DNA of 64,000 nt from the human T2T-CHM13v2.0 reference genome, Homo sapiens (GCF_009914755.1 NC_060928.1), one strand, 5' to 3'; shown: positions 16,766 through 41,589, counted from the first letter of the stretch. The notes: generated by a model not told the origin, from the letters alone. Numbers and translations: made by a program.

Positions 16766-18872
16766 TATGTGTACTTTCGTCAATGCCTGTGCCTGATTTT
16801 CCTCTCCCCAACAGTGACCCCAATTCCACACTTCCTGTGTTTATTTGGATTTTATAATCTTCAATCCTGAATCTAATCCATGTGTCTAGCCACTGCACCC
16901 AAGTCATTCCAAGTTCGGACCCTTTTCAAGTACAGCTATATTCATTGACATTTTCCCATCTAGGAATCCCAGGGATGATATAGCTAATGTAAGCCTGTAC
17001 CCTAATGAAATACAAGTCTAATGCTAATTGGTATCTTGTAGATTTTAATCCATTCTTCTTACCACAGCACTACTTCTTAAGAGCCTGTTTCTGTGGGTTA
17101 ATGTATACAGAAAAATACGGTACTAATTACTATGGACATTTAGCTTTGTTTCTCTATGAACAATTATCCTACTACAGTAACCCTCCCTTCCCATTTGGCC
17201 CCAGCTGTTTAATTCATTAGGTATTACTTTTTTTTTTTTTTTTCCTATGAGCTGTTAGGCTGAATTTCAAAAAGAGACTGATCAGGAAAATTTTCAAATA
17301 CATCTTTCAAATTTCTTTTCTCCTTGAAAATAAAGTTGAACAGTCCTCATACCATTAAATGTGGCAATTCAGTTGACGGGACAGCTCCTTTCAAAGTGCA
17401 TACCTATGGCTATTTTCCATACCCTGGCATTGCTTGTCTGCTGCTTTCCAAGCAGGTTCACCAGGAACTGTGCCATGCTCAGCTATCATTTTCTGCTTAT
17501 AAGAAGTAAGTGAGAGATCAGGATCGTTAGAGTCTGTAAACACTTGAATGCTTAGAAATGCAAAGCAATGAGCTATTCTGCAGGGCTGCCAGAGAAAAGG
17601 AGTGGAAAGAGGAGAAAAGAAATTATGTCTTCAAACTCCAATGCGTACCATTCTCACATGATGTCTAAACAGACAGGAATTCAAGTTGAGCGTTTGAATG
17701 TTAAAAGAGAATAGACAATGCAATGATCTTCCCAGCAAAATAGCAGCCATACATGGGCTGCCTTGAATGGAAAAGGGAAGAAAAAAGGAGAAACAAAGAT
17801 AAAATGAGACACAGGGAAAACAGGCATACAGATTGTCCAGGAAGGGTACAGTTAAGATTTCTGTAGTTTTACATGAAAGAAAAAATTCTGTTTCATAAAA
17901 GGAATTCAAATGAGAGAAATAAGAAAAAGTCAGGCTGAACTTCAGAATCCATGATACCCTGATCTATAATATTTCCTCATCTAATTCCAACAATTTCAGG
18001 TAGCCAATTCAATGCTGTGTAATTCTGAAAATGATTCATGGGACCAAAAAAGCAACTTTGGAGCATCTAAACTACCTGGTTCAAATTTGAGAACATTATT
18101 TTCATATTTTTCTTTAGCTGCTCCACAGTTCCATGGCAAATTAATAGAAAGCCAGTGAGATTTCAATGTGTGGGCTGTATTGTTCTTTTTTATGCGATGT
18201 GTATAACCTTTCCCCATCTGCACAGATACACAGAGGCCTATTTTGGTGTGCTTTTTTAATTTGCTGCTTGTCCATGAAATGCAATGTTCCTGAGAAACTA
18301 GAGCGGTAAAGAACTTAGAACAGGTGATAAAACCTCATTTTTGCACTGTCACTCAATGACATTGCACTGCTGAAGCCGCACAGCAGTTAATGGCCATGGA
18401 AATTATACTGGTCCACAAGCCCTTGGACAGGAAGAAAACTAACTGTGAGAACTTGAATTTTACTGAAAATCAAAAGCCAACTGACAGGACGCTCTCTGAA
18501 CTCACCCAGGAAATGCTTAGTCATCAGATATAACAATACTCAGAAAAAGATTCAGAAGCAAAACCTAGGGAATTGTTTAAAAAAAAAAATTCTCACACAC
18601 GTCAGGGTGAATTTTATAAAGTATATGAAAGGCTGTGCAAAAAAGTAGATTGCAAGGCAGTATACCACAGCCATCAAATATCTAGTACATTTTTAAGTTC
18701 AATAAATTCCTAGTCACTGTAATTGTGCCTAAAAACACAGAGTAAAAAAAAAATGGCAAAATAAGCAAAGAATTATTTTAAAGCTAGAGGATAATATTTT
18801 TCTAAAAAAACATAAGGGAGTTATGGGTGTACACAAAGACACATACAATGAGGATGGCTATGTAAAACAGTA

Positions 18873-19010
18873 ATTCCTCACTCATGAGTTCCACAAGTGT
18901 CTACTGAATACCTACTCTGGGCTAGTATCTGTTCTATGTGCTGTGTTTATAGCTACAAACAAGACAACATCTCTACTCCTATCGAATTTATTTTCTCATT
19001 AGGAAGAAAT
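18873..19010 (-). mobile_element. L2 3'-end fragment
   Basis: ctactgaatacctactctgggctagtatctgttctatgtgctg..aacaagaca. Confidence 0.6.
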
Positions 19011-19955
19011 GCAAAATAAATATGTATATGAAGCTACATTCAATAATTGTAAATGATCAAGATCAGCCACTTTGCTTAGTATTTCTTAAAATTTATTTTG
19101 TATAGACAATTCCACTGGAATTTACTCTACATTCATACCAGCTATCGTGAGGAAGAGAGGTAGAAATCTATCTGGGCCACAGCACCTTTTCCCACACTTA
19201 AATAACATGGCTCCTTTAAGTAGAGTATGATTATATTTATGAAACGTACATTTTTTAATTTTTTCATATTTATGGGTTGTTACACAGAAACCATCTTAGT
19301 GCCAATAAGTATTTAACATTTACCACTTTCAGCAGGTGAAAGAATTTCTATCTCAGCTTCATTATAATTATGCTAAACACTTTCAGGTTTCCATTTTCCT
19401 TTTTTTTTAAATAATGAAATAAAATGCAATCAAATATTCAAATCATTGGACAAACAACCATACAAAAGTCAATACTGCTGAAAATGAATCGTCACCTAGC
19501 CCACAGCTCCACTATGCAACAGCTTGAATTTTTGTCAGCTGACATAAGAGAGTCCAAATTTAATAGTGAAAGGCAATTAAGAAGGGTGAGAGTATAATGT
19601 AATAAAAAGGTGGATTGTATGGAAATTGAATTTTTAAAAGTCTCTGTACCAAGAGAGGCACAGGTGCTGGACTGCCATAATTGACAATGGAGCCTTCTAT
19701 TGGAAGGCTATCCTGGGACCCAGTATTCCAGCTCTTGTCTCTCTAGGGTGGGAAAGACAGGGTTCTGAGCCCTGACTGAAGTCCAAAGAAGCCGTTAACA
19801 TAATGTCTGCCATACTACAGTTCCACCCAAAGAGTACGGAAGACCAGATGCATTAATCTACTCAGAGGCAAAGGATGGGAGAACAGGGAACTAGGTGATT
19901 GGTGCCATTTCTCTGTCTGTCTCTTTTTTTTATACATCCACACGTAATCCAGTGA

Positions 19956-20495
<540 letters not shown>

Positions 20496-20600
20496 CTAGT
20501 GTCATTCTTAATAGGTAACTAAAACTGCGTATACTGGTGAGAGTAAAAATTCATCTAACCCTAGATACATCTATCACCTATCGCTAAGATAACAGAATAA

Positions 20601-20952
<352 letters not shown>

Positions 20953-22049
20953 AAGATTAATTTTTAAAACAACATTGGAACTTAAGACAATTTTATTTAA
21001 AATACAGCAAAATGGATATGATTGGTGAATACAGAACTTTAAAATGTCCTATGAAATACAGAATTTAATTTTGGATAAGTCAGTTGCCTGTCTTCCTTTT
21101 CATATTTTTAGTTAAGCTTTTGAAAACATTAGTTTTTCATATTATTTATGTCTATTTTCCTAATGAAATTTGTTTATCAGAGAAATTACTGCTTATGAAT
21201 CCATGGTTTTGTCTATTTATGTCTTTCAATCAGCTATAGAATAACATTTTAAGTGTATAAAATACAAATTTTCTATTCTAGAAATAAATGCACAATACTT
21301 TGTTTTCTAAACCCTTTAATATTTTTCTAATCCTGTTAGACTTTTAGTAATGTTTTTAATTCCACAGTTTTCAAAGGATTTTTTGTGAGACACTTTTCTA
21401 TTTTCTTTAGAGTGGGTTTAAAACACTTCAGAATATAGCAATCATTGCTGCATTGCATGTATATCACCTTCTCACAACACCATGAATAATATATAAGAAT
21501 CAATGATGATTTTATATCTGATTGCTGGCTCAATGCCATGTTACAAAAAAGAATTGCTTTGTGTGTATTCTAATATTCTCCTATTTTCTCTTGAGAAAAT
21601 TAGTAGTTTTGCAGTCTTTTATCCTCAATCAGTTTTACTTGGAATTCTTCAGAAATACAAGAGATTAAGGGTCATATACGGAAACATATTCAACCTCAAA
21701 CATATTGAAATGTATTCAATATTCAACCTAACTAGAGTCTGTTGGACTCTATTCTGTTCTCAACTCAAGAAAAAAAAAGTTAGACTTAACTAGGCAAGAT
21801 TAATTTATTAGAGGTCCCATGTTTAATTTTAAGACATGGAATTATGTTTTAATATGTAATATTAATTACTCAAGGCTTACTATATAATTTATTAACATAA
21901 TTCCTAGATTTTCTAATGTTAAAAAACTCAGAAGATTAATATATACAAGGAATGCCACACACTGACCATCTCCAGAACATAATCTGCCACTTTCACTCAC
22001 AGCATGTCTGAGAACCAACACTGTGTAATGCCCTCACAAGTTTCCCTAA

Positions 22050-22400
22050 GGAAGTTACATTGGGCAAGTTATGCTGCAATAACAAGCAACCCTCGAGATC
22101 TCAGCAGTTTGAAACCACAGCAGTTTTATATCTGCCTCATGCTATGTGTCCATCATAGGCCTCTGCTCTCACAGCCTCTCAGGGATCCAACTTGCTTGTG
22201 TTTAAACAATCACTGAAGAAGTGGGAGAAAGCTTAATTAATCAAGCAGTAAAGAGTCTTCCTAAAAGTCATAAACATCACTTGTTCTCACACTTCATTGG
22301 TCAAAGCAAGCCACATGGCATCACCCAAGTTCATGTGGGCAGGGAAGTACAATTCCTCCGTGAGCTAGGGATAACCAGATATATTTGGTGGACAGCTCCT
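22050..22400. mobile_element. MaLR LTR (MLT1K/L-like)
   Basis: ttatgctgcaataacaagcaaccc..atctcagcagttt; cattggtcaaagcaagccacatggc. Confidence 0.65.
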
Positions 22401-22684
22401 ACTCACCTTGTGATAAAGGAAAGAAGTAAGAAAGCAGAAGTTTTAACAATCGGCCCAGAAAATACCCAAAGTCTTTTCAATGACATTCATCCTATTTCTT
22501 TATAATGCACACCAGGAAGAAGAGGATGAACAGAGTAAAAGTTACCATTTCCCTCATAGTATATTCTACCTGTAAATGTAGGGTTTAAATGATCTTTTCT
22601 TCCTCTTTTGTTTCCATGATAAAGCTAAATGTGAACTTGGCTGGATTCAGAACTTGCGTCTATTAGATTAAAATGAATAGTTCC

Positions 22685-22900
22685 TAATGTTTATTTACAG
22701 TCTATGCCAGATGCTATTCATAGTGGCTTATGTGGATCATCACATATAATCTTCATAGCAACTTACATGAAGTAGGTAGATACTATCACCATCCTCGTGT
22801 TCCAGATAAAGAAGGTTAAGAAGAACACAGAACTCGTTAGTGAAAGAGGGTAGATTCCATTTCAGGCATGGACTCCACACCACACACTCTCAATCAACAT
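22685..22900 (-). mobile_element. MIR
   Basis: ctatgccagatgctatt..aatcttcatagcaac..atgaagtaggta..atcctcgtgttccagataaagaa. Confidence 0.75.
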
Positions 22901-23244
22901 ACAACAGTGAGTAACACTGATAAAATATTTTATTATATAATGCCACTTGAGCTTGTATCTTTGTATAAATGCCAGTGTACGACTGTAATTCCGAGAAAGA
23001 GTTTCCAAAACAGTATTCCAGCATGTTCCTCCATTTTTGAAAAAAACCGCTGGCTTTTCACTTCATAAGATTTCATACATTAAATGGAAAAATATGTAAA
23101 GAGTGTTTTGGAGCTATTTTATAAACTTTACATGACTCTAAACTAATTAGAGAATTTAAAATTTTACCAAAAACGAGTAAGACTGAAAATTTATGAAGAA
23201 CACACTGGGATCATGACAATATTCACAGATGCCACATTTATAAC

Positions 23245-23332
23245 TCTGGAATGGCATCCATGGAGACCATGTAAATGTCACCCCCTAAAGTTGTGCAGTG
23301 CACAATGTGTATGACCATATGCTGAGGCCCTA
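23245..23332. mobile_element. Possible MER91-type hAT fragment
   Basis: gttgtgcagtgcacaa palindromic core and ggccct end. Confidence 0.4.
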
Positions 23333-24490
23333 ATGTTTTTATGGGAAATCTGCCATCACTTGTATTTCTATTCTGATGCTGAGTCTTAATATGCAGTCTT
23401 ACTTTGATTTTTGTTTCCCAAATAGCTTCAAAATTGTAATACCTTAAGTTCTTCTCCAAATTGGAAGTAGAGAATGTTGTCATACTGACATGAGAAGCAT
23501 TATAAAAACCAGTCTTAAATGAGCCATCTCATGTTGTCATTTCATTTGCTTAAAGAGTCAGTGTCTGGGTCTACATATGTAAATTATATTAACTGAACTG
23601 GAGAGCTGCAAAAATAGTTGAATTTAAGGAACTATATTTACTCAAGCATATAATAACAGCTAATCAATTCAACTATTTTAAAACTTCTTAGAAATATGTC
23701 ACATACAGACATTATATGTACTGGTATCTATGGGGGGAAATCATAATTATTTTCAAGCATGCAAGAAAGAAACACTACTTCAGTTTATCAACTTCAACAG
23801 CTTCCTATTAGAATCTCAGGAAAACTGCTCGATTATTCCTCTTCTTCCACAGGACCCCATTACAGGCCCCACGGGATCTCTCCACTATTGCTATTGTGTC
23901 TTAATTTTTTTTTAATCCTATTTTCAATCCTCCAATCCACTCCAATGTCAGCAAAGTGCTGTTGATCTTGAGAAGTCCTTTGTTGTAAATCCCACTGAGC
24001 CACTTTCTGCAGAGAAGCTCCCCCTTTGAAGACTTGCCCCAGTGGTCTTTGTGTTGGCTGCTTCACTGAAGGAAAAAGCAGCATGCCTTAGGTAAAAATT
24101 TTTTGCAGTGCCTTTTCAAACAGTATTTGTACACTTTAGTAGTCATCACAGAGTCTCTGCTGACCTAAAAGATTTGCAGCTTTATAAAAGCTGTGGCAGA
24201 TGCTAAGAATATTCATCAACCCTTTTCTTCTTTTGAAACAGGCCCAAAAATGAATGACTTGTGGGCAAATATTGATTTCTTTTCCCAAAGATCAACTATT
24301 AAGCATGAAAGAACACCTAAACACAAAATCGAAAGGTTTACCTTGTCAAACTAGGACAGAACGTAGACCACCGCACTTTCCTACCTGAGGACACAAGGGC
24401 CAGGGAACAAATCAGAAATGTAATGTCTGTGGCACTTCTCTGTGAGTCTTCTCTGGCAACCGAAGCTGAATAAATGAAGCAACATAAAGC

Positions 24491-24659
24491 TGTGCTTCTC
24501 CAACTTAAACTTTAATGTGAGTATCAATTACCAGGGATCTTATTAAAATACAGATTCTGATTCACTGGGTCTGGGATAGAGTCTGGTATTCTGCATTTCT
24601 GACTAGCCTCCAGGTGATACTGATTCTGCTCATCTAGGGACCTCGCTTTGAGTAGCAAG
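24491..24659. mobile_element. MER5A (hAT-Charlie)
   Basis: gatcttattaaaatacagattctgattca..ctgcatttctgactagcctccaggtgatactga..ctttgagtagca. Confidence 0.85.
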
Positions 24660-25276
24660 TGTTTAGGCCACTTACTAGCAGGAACTAAGCACAGTATCCT
24701 ACAACAGCAAATGTCTTTCCAACAAGAAAGACGAGAGCAAATGCTGATGCCACATCTGCACTGCCTCAGAAAATAAAGAAGGGATGAGGAGCCCCCCAGT
24801 GGCACTCTGTGCCCATAAAAAGATCACATCCACATGAGAAGGATTGAGTGAGGCAATGGGGTTGGTGCAAGGAGCTCAGCAATCCCTCTGCTATGCACTG
24901 GGGGCACTTGGTTTGGTTTTCACATTACCAGCCTCAGCGAGGTGGAACAGAGGATTACAAAGGGATAATCTAAATGGCAATTGCAAGTGTATTGCTGTGG
25001 TCACCAGCACCTTTTCCATCAGTATTTTCCATTTCTCCAAAGCCATATGGAGCAGTTGATCTATTTGGGTGATTTCTTAAGAGAAAATGAACAATACATG
25101 GTCCCGAGTGGTAAGTGTAGTGAAAGTTAAAAATGATATTTTCTTTTATCCCAAAGACTCCAAAATGTTCACAGATCTTACTATTATCATAAAAATAAAT
25201 GACAAAAGGGATTTAGTTCAGTTAGAAAGCATCCTGCTATTGGCCATGTAGATAAACTTAAAATAAAACACACTGT

Positions 25277-25321
25277 CTTCTAGCCTTCAGCAGCTTCTAG
25301 CCTTCAGCAGCTTCTAGCCTT
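25277..25321. repeat. 17-bp tandem repeat, ~2.6 copies
   Basis: (cttctagccttcagcag)x2 + cttctagcctt, perfect. Confidence 0.95.
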
Positions 25322-26049
25322 GAGCATTGAGATAAAAGTCCAATATGAAGTTTCCTAATGATTTGAAGAGCTAGCTGTTTTAACAGAGATCATGGGAAAA
25401 GAGTTAGAAAAAGAGAGATTTCAAATCCAAAACTAAAAAAAAATAGTAGATGTATGCTTCAATAGATTTGTTCCTTTAGCATATGCTCCATTGATCTTTC
25501 TGAAATTCTTCCAGGTGAGTTACCTGCTCTGTCCAAAAGGGATCACCATCAAAAAAATAAGAAGTCTTTTTAGACTAACAATTCCCTTTAGTTGAGGCAG
25601 AGACTTTGGCCAAATTTACAAAGAAACATTTTTCACTGACTTGCCAAAGATATATATCAAGAGTATACGTAAAAATGAAAAAGAAATTAGACACAATTGT
25701 TTAAAAGCCAGTTATGAGAGCACCAAATCTACAGTGGTAGAGATTTGAGTTGGAGCCTGATTAGAAGGAGAACAGCCAAACAGAACCTGGCCTGACTTAT
25801 AATATTACACCCAAAGCAGGGACAATCTAATTGGTGGGCTGAGTAGGTAGCCACCTACATGAAATAAAAGGGTTGTAGCGAATCTTCCTCTATCCCAGTC
25901 CAAAAGCATCTTTTGCTAAAATTCCAAATTAGACACCCTATTCCTATTAATATATCCATGGGAGAAGTAACACCATAAATTCTCTTGAATCCTTAATATA
26001 TTTCATTGGTTTGTTATTAGAGCCTCTTTGCATTATCTAGCCGTAGATA

Positions 26050-30238
<4,189 letters not shown>

Positions 30239-31239
30239 ATCCTTACTCTAATAAGTATTTTTGTTATGAAAAAAGTAAGGAGAGGAGCAAAAGAAAGTCC
30301 AGAGTCAATGCAGGGCTGATTAGCAATCCATCTAGGGGTGATTATAAGAGTACTCAGATATCTGGTGCTTGAATACAGAATCAGACCTTTACCAAAGGCA
30401 ATATTCTTTAAATTTTTGCCTACAATGGCAATCACAGCAATCACAGAACATGAGCAACAGGCCACAGCTGGTGCCCCATACCTCAAGCTAAACCAAGCTA
30501 AATACATATAGTGGCTCTTTTAAATTAGAAATACAATAACTGAGATTAATTGTTTGACAAAATTTGGGTAAAACAACCTTATTGGATTTTGTACACTATA
30601 GTTGAGGTATTCCAAATAGACAGGAAATAAAGCTCTTCATAACCTGGATTATTTATATTCACTTAGGAGACACGTTTTCTTCCTCTAGCAGGATAGCATT
30701 TCTGGTAGTAAACAGCTGCTTCCACCTCCACATAACAAATGGCTTTGACTCACCCCTGTTCAAGTGATCTAGTCAAACTCTGTCAGGAGTAACTTGAAGC
30801 AGAAAAGTACACATGTTGCTTTTTATGGAAATGGATAGTAAAAGTGTGAGGGAATGGGTGCCACAGGTAATGCTGTCACATCAAAAAGACTTTGAAGAGA
30901 TGCCAGAGACAAATTCTCCTGGTCCTCTGCATCTCCTTTTTCTACTTAACTACATTGATCCCCCCTCAGGTGTCCTTGAGGTGACTCTGAACATCCTGAT
31001 AATGATTTTCAAACCTAATACATTTCTACAATTGTGGAATGAATGCCTCTGTGAAACAGAGAGATGAGCTTGAAAGAAAAGATGAAATTTGCATGTTTCT
31101 TTGCAACCAGGGTTTTCTTTCTTTCTTTTTTTTTTTTTTGGAGCTCCAACTTTGTCTTTAATCATCAAAAGTTGCCCCTTGACAAAAGGATGGTATAGGA
31201 AAAAGCAGTGATGTATGGTGGGTTTTAGCTGATCACCAT

Positions 31240-31378
31240 TGACAAAGACCCTCTTCATGACCAAACTTTATTCAGGCTTCTCTGAGCCCACTTCTCAATT
31301 AGGCCTCAACTTTGGCCTATACGAACTGCAAATTTCAGCACAGTTTCATCCACCTGACCCCCAGACACACACACACAG

Positions 31379-31409
<31 letters not shown>

Positions 31410-31835
31410 GAGACTTGAACAAACCCTAGCATAGTTTTTATTCGCTCAAGGCCATTTCCCTAGTATGACAATTGACAATTCCAGCCCTCTTAAAATGCCT
31501 TCCTGAGACAGTTCAATGCTGCCAAAAGGCCATTTCCCTAGGATGACAATCCCAGCTCCCCTTAAAATGCCTTCCTGAGACAGTTCACTGCTGCCAAATG
31601 AATTTACTGTTTGTTCAGGCCAAAACCTGACTATAAGCCCTGAGTCCCTTTCCTTACAGCATGTACTTTAGAAAACTTGCAATTGTAAATTTTTTCTCTC
31701 TTCTTTTAAGATGTACCTTCCACGACCCAGGACTGTCTTTCTCAACAACTTGGAAGCCATCCCTTTGTAATGTAATGATCAAGAAAAATAGGGCCCATGC
31801 CTACCTGTCTCCATGGGAAGGTAGGAGCTTAACAT
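31240..31835 (+). mobile_element. ERV1-class solo LTR (MER31/MER67-like), 3' truncated
   Basis: Begins tgacaaagaccctcttcatgaccaaactttattcaggcttctctgagccc. Confidence 0.7.
31365..31407. repeat. (CA)n microsatellite
   Basis: ~20 CA units with one GA interruption. Confidence 0.95.
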
Positions 31836-37266
<5,431 letters not shown>

Positions 37267-37584
37267 CAACCAGGATTTTCTAGGCTATTGCTTGATTCAG
37301 AAGAATATCCTCCCGGTTTTTCTGTGTTTGAAGTACAACATGTACTCAAGCAGCTAATGGATCTGTTTCTGACCATAATGCCATCTTTGGAATGCAAACC
37401 TTGCAGAGTATGCATCAGACTGACCTTTGCTTCCCTGCTACTCTTGATCTTGCTTCATACTGATATGTTCTTCCAGAAAGAGCAAAGGCATGAGGGCTAA
37501 ACGATCCAGCAGAGATTAAATGAGAACATTTCTTAAATTCTGTTTTTCTTTAGGTAACTAACTGAAGCCTCTCTAAGGCTGCAG

Positions 37585-39130
37585 AATCATTCACTCACAT
37601 ATTAATATCACATGCATATATATCACTTTGAACTTCTCTAGGCATATCTAGGGGATAAAAGAGTAAGCAAGACAAAGCCTACAACTTCATGGAACCTACA
37701 CTGTAGGGGAGATAGACAATAAAGAAACCAAAATTGTCTGTATACCTGTCATGCAGTCTTGTGTCGTCATGAGTATTGTGGAAAAAAAAGCCTGGGTAAA
37801 GGGATCAAGATGAAGGGACTGTGCACACCCACAGTAGGTTCATTTGAGAAGGTAATCTAGAATAAAGACCTATATGAATCAGAGAAGTGGTCCTTACAGA
37901 GGAAATAACATGTCCAAAAGTCCTAATGGAAATGGAAAATTAGTATTTTTGAGAAACACGAAGAGCCAGTGTGATAGAGCCTAAAGCGAGAGTAGTAGGA
38001 AATGAAATCTTGTGAACAGAAAGAGGCCAGATCTAATGGATTCTGAAAAGCCATAGTAAGAAGCTGTGTTTTTGTTCTGAGTGAGCTGCTGCAGGATTTT
38101 GAATAGAAAAATGACTTACATAATCTGGTTTACATTTTACTCAGCTAACTCTGTAACTCTCAACTTGGAGGAAAAGTCTTGTGGGTACCATCAGAAGCAG
38201 AGAATGTCTTTCTCTAAAATGTAAAGAAGAAATGGTTAGGAAAAGGGAATCAAGAGCTCTAATTTGAACATGTTAAATTTGAACATCCTCTTTAGACACC
38301 AAGTGGATATGTTGAGGAGAGAGTTTGGCATAAAAATCTGGAGTCCAGATGAAAAGAAAGGGCGGGAGCTATAAATTCCAGAACCACCAAAAAATAGATG
38401 ATATTTAAAGCTATGGTACTGAACGAACTTCCCTAGGAAGAAAACATAGAAAAAGAAGAGAAAGCACCCCAAAATCTTTAGATCAGGGAGAAGAGGAGCC
38501 AGCAAAAAAAGAATGGAAAGGCACAATTGCTGTAGGAATAAAACAAGGGGCCAATAGAATTACCCAAGCCAGTAAAACAAATATGCTTCCAGAGGGTGGA
38601 AACGTACAACAGGGTTCAGTGCTACTGATACTTCAAGGAAGATTAAGACCGAGAAATGTCCACAAGATTTGGCAAAAGGAGAATCATTGGTAACTTTGAT
38701 AAGAAGGATTTCAGTGGTGTGTTGAGGATGAAAGCCATAGTAGAATGGGCCAAGGAATGACTATTAAATCATTCTTTCAAGGAAATCCCACCTGAAAGGG
38801 GATGTGACATCAGGTCTGGAGTAAAGGATTTTGTCAAGGAAGATTTTAGAATGTCTTTGGATGTTGGTAGAAATGATTGGATAGGGAAGGAGAAAATAAT
38901 GTCAGAGAAAGAGAACATAATTGCAGGAGCAAAGTCCTTGAGCAGGCAAGAAGGATGGGATCCAGCATATAAATGCGGAATTGGGCTTCAAAAGAAACAG
39001 GGTTTTTCATGCATTATAACAAAAGAAAAGGCCAAGTATATGGATACAGGCACAGGTGGACTCATAGTGGTAGGAAATAACAGAAATTATCTTGTGTTTG
39101 TCTTTATTCTCTCAGTGAAATGAAACAAGA
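37585..39130 (-). mobile_element. L2 (L2a-like) fragment
   Basis: cattcactca tail; ttgaacatgttaaatttgaacatcctctttagacaccaagtggatatgttgag; ggatttcagtggtgtg. Confidence 0.75.
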
Positions 39131-39663
39131 CCATCAATTAAATGTGAAGGGAAAGGGTGTCAGATGCTGGAGGAGCAAGAGAAGATGTGAAGCAGTGTCC
39201 CAGAGGGTGCTGGACTGAGCTGACCAGGGAACACTAACAGCTGTCCGGGCAGGGCAAACTGCCCACTTGAGATTTATGGTCAGAAGCTAGATGATCCTCT
39301 GACTATCATTGTTTCAGCAATGTTAATGGATGGAAAATTTGGATATAATCTTTATATTCTAAGAAGGCTTTTTAAGTTTATTTTAAACTGAGGGGGATAA
39401 AAATAGAATAGAAATCATGTTATCATAGGCAACTATGCACGAATGGAAGGATGCTTAAAACCAAACTTTGTAACCTAACTTTAAAATAATAATAATGATC
39501 TTTATTCTCATTTCCCTCTATACATAAATTTGCCCCATATAAGATTAGAGGGCCATTTTCTTTGATTTAAAGAGTACTGTACCATCAAGGGATATACTTC
39601 TAATCTCTGCCACTAGAAAACTGTAAGATCCTAAGCAATTATTTAATCTCACTGCAGCAGAGA

Positions 39664-40095
39664 TAGTAGGTTAGCACCTCAATGTCTTGTTTGCCTTTCT
39701 CTTAGAAAGAACTCTCAACTCCTTAGCTGAGCAGATGGCTCCAAGAATCAAGACTACATTTCCCAACTTCTTTTGCAGCTAGGTGCGCCCATGGAACTAA
39801 ATTTGGACCAATGAGACATAAAGAAAAATGGTATGAGACAGCTTCTAGAAAACTTCCTTTAAGAACGTGACAGGTTCTCCTTATCTACCCTTTAATATCT
39901 TCCTCCACACAGTGGCTAGAGTTCTAGTCATCATCCTGGACCGTCCTAAAAATGGCAAAACAGTTAGCTAGATAGAGTATGAGTCACTAACAGTTTTTTA
40001 GAAGCCACATCAACCCTGGAATACAAACCTCCACCCTTCAATAATGTGAGAGAGAATGCTATCTCTATCAAGCCAACTGAACTGAATCATGATTG
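39664..40095. mobile_element. MaLR LTR (MLT1-type) within a MIR remnant
   Basis: gactacatttcccaacttcttttgcagctaggtgcgcccatggaactaaatttggaccaatgaga. Confidence 0.75.
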
Positions 40096-41589
40096 ATATG
40101 CTTAGTCTCAAGTCTTAGTTTTCCCTTCCTTAAACTAAAGCTATCGTCAAGTTTTCTGTGCAAATGTAAAATTATCATTTACAATGCCATTTCTGTTTCA
40201 GAGATCAAAGTGGAATCTAGCTTCAATTGTATGTTTAATGCCCTCCTGAAATCTATTTAGTGTTGCCAAGGAAGGTGATACCCAGAGTTTTAAGTCCTCT
40301 CTTCACGTGTACATCTCCACAGAGTTAATGATCATAATGTTTGATCTCTGAGGTTCAGCAACACAGTTCTGACTCTAGACTTGGTTTGACATTTAGCGCA
40401 AACAGGCATTGTGGGGTATTTTCTATGAGCTACTGGAACACCCTCCGCCGAACAGTTCCACTAGTTTGACTCGCGTATTGTCCTATGTAAAAAACAAAAA
40501 TGGAAAATAATACCTCTTGTGAAAATTTACTACCAAATCATCCTTTCTTTAGCCATTCTGAATAAAATGATCAGTATCTGCCATAAAGTTTATTAACTAA
40601 GGAAGGATGCCTTTATTTTTAGTTCTAAAATGCTATCACAAAAAGTACAAAAGGAAACATGCCAGATGAAAACAATTATTCAAAACAAGTTTGGTAAAAC
40701 CTATGATCTTTAGGAAATAAAATATTGAACTTACATTATTTTGATAATTTGTAAGTAACGGTGTAAAAATGTTTTCCACATTGCTGAACTAGAACCCTTT
40801 CCCTATCATTTATTAAAAGTCTCCCTGGATTTTCAGGCAATTTAGAGAAATGTAACTTGCAGGAGAAAAAACTTATAAAATATAGTGTTTTAACAAAATT
40901 TCTCTTTTTGCACACTACACAAATAATACTGAGCCAACAGAAACTTTCGTAAAAGCCAGCATGGAAGTCTGTCTCTGTATTTTTTTTTAATCTCTCTCTG
41001 GATTTAATGCCCTCATGAAGCTTGAATGGAATATATGCATGTCACAGCATGGCAGAGGGATAATATATTTCCCCCTGCTTCACTGAGCATGAGTTGTGTA
41101 TCTTGCCATCTTGAGAGTCCACAGTGCAGCACGTTTATCCCTATTAGAAAAGCTCAGTCTAATAATATATGGATGCTGCAGCCATTTATGACAAATATGT
41201 AAAATCATAACCTTATATATTCTGGAGATGGATGCATATACATTGAATCTATTAACTATGCACTGACAGATTTTTGTTAAAACTAGGTTTTCAACCTCAA
41301 AGACTAAAAGGGCAAATAAATTGATTATATTTGTATATTTATGTAGCCTCAAACTTTAATTTCAAGGCAGAAAAAAAGAGCAGTGCCACTGTTGCCACTT
41401 CGGCCATACTTGGATTCACTTTGCCCACCCTGAGCACACAGCTATTCAGATCAAGGCATATGTTTATAAATACTGTTTGATTAATTTTGATAAGACATTC
41501 AGCTTTTTATCATCTCATTTTAGAAATGAAGGTCACAGCAATGAAAGAGTATATTTGTAAAAGTGACCAAAAAATAAGCAAATATTTAC

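Noticed and set aside
23860-24084. 74-aa minus-strand ORF in unique sequence
   Set aside because: No recognisable homology or convincing splice signals; length expected by chance
25277-25321. Direct repeats as a CRISPR-like array
   Set aside because: No spacers, eukaryotic context; simple tandem duplication
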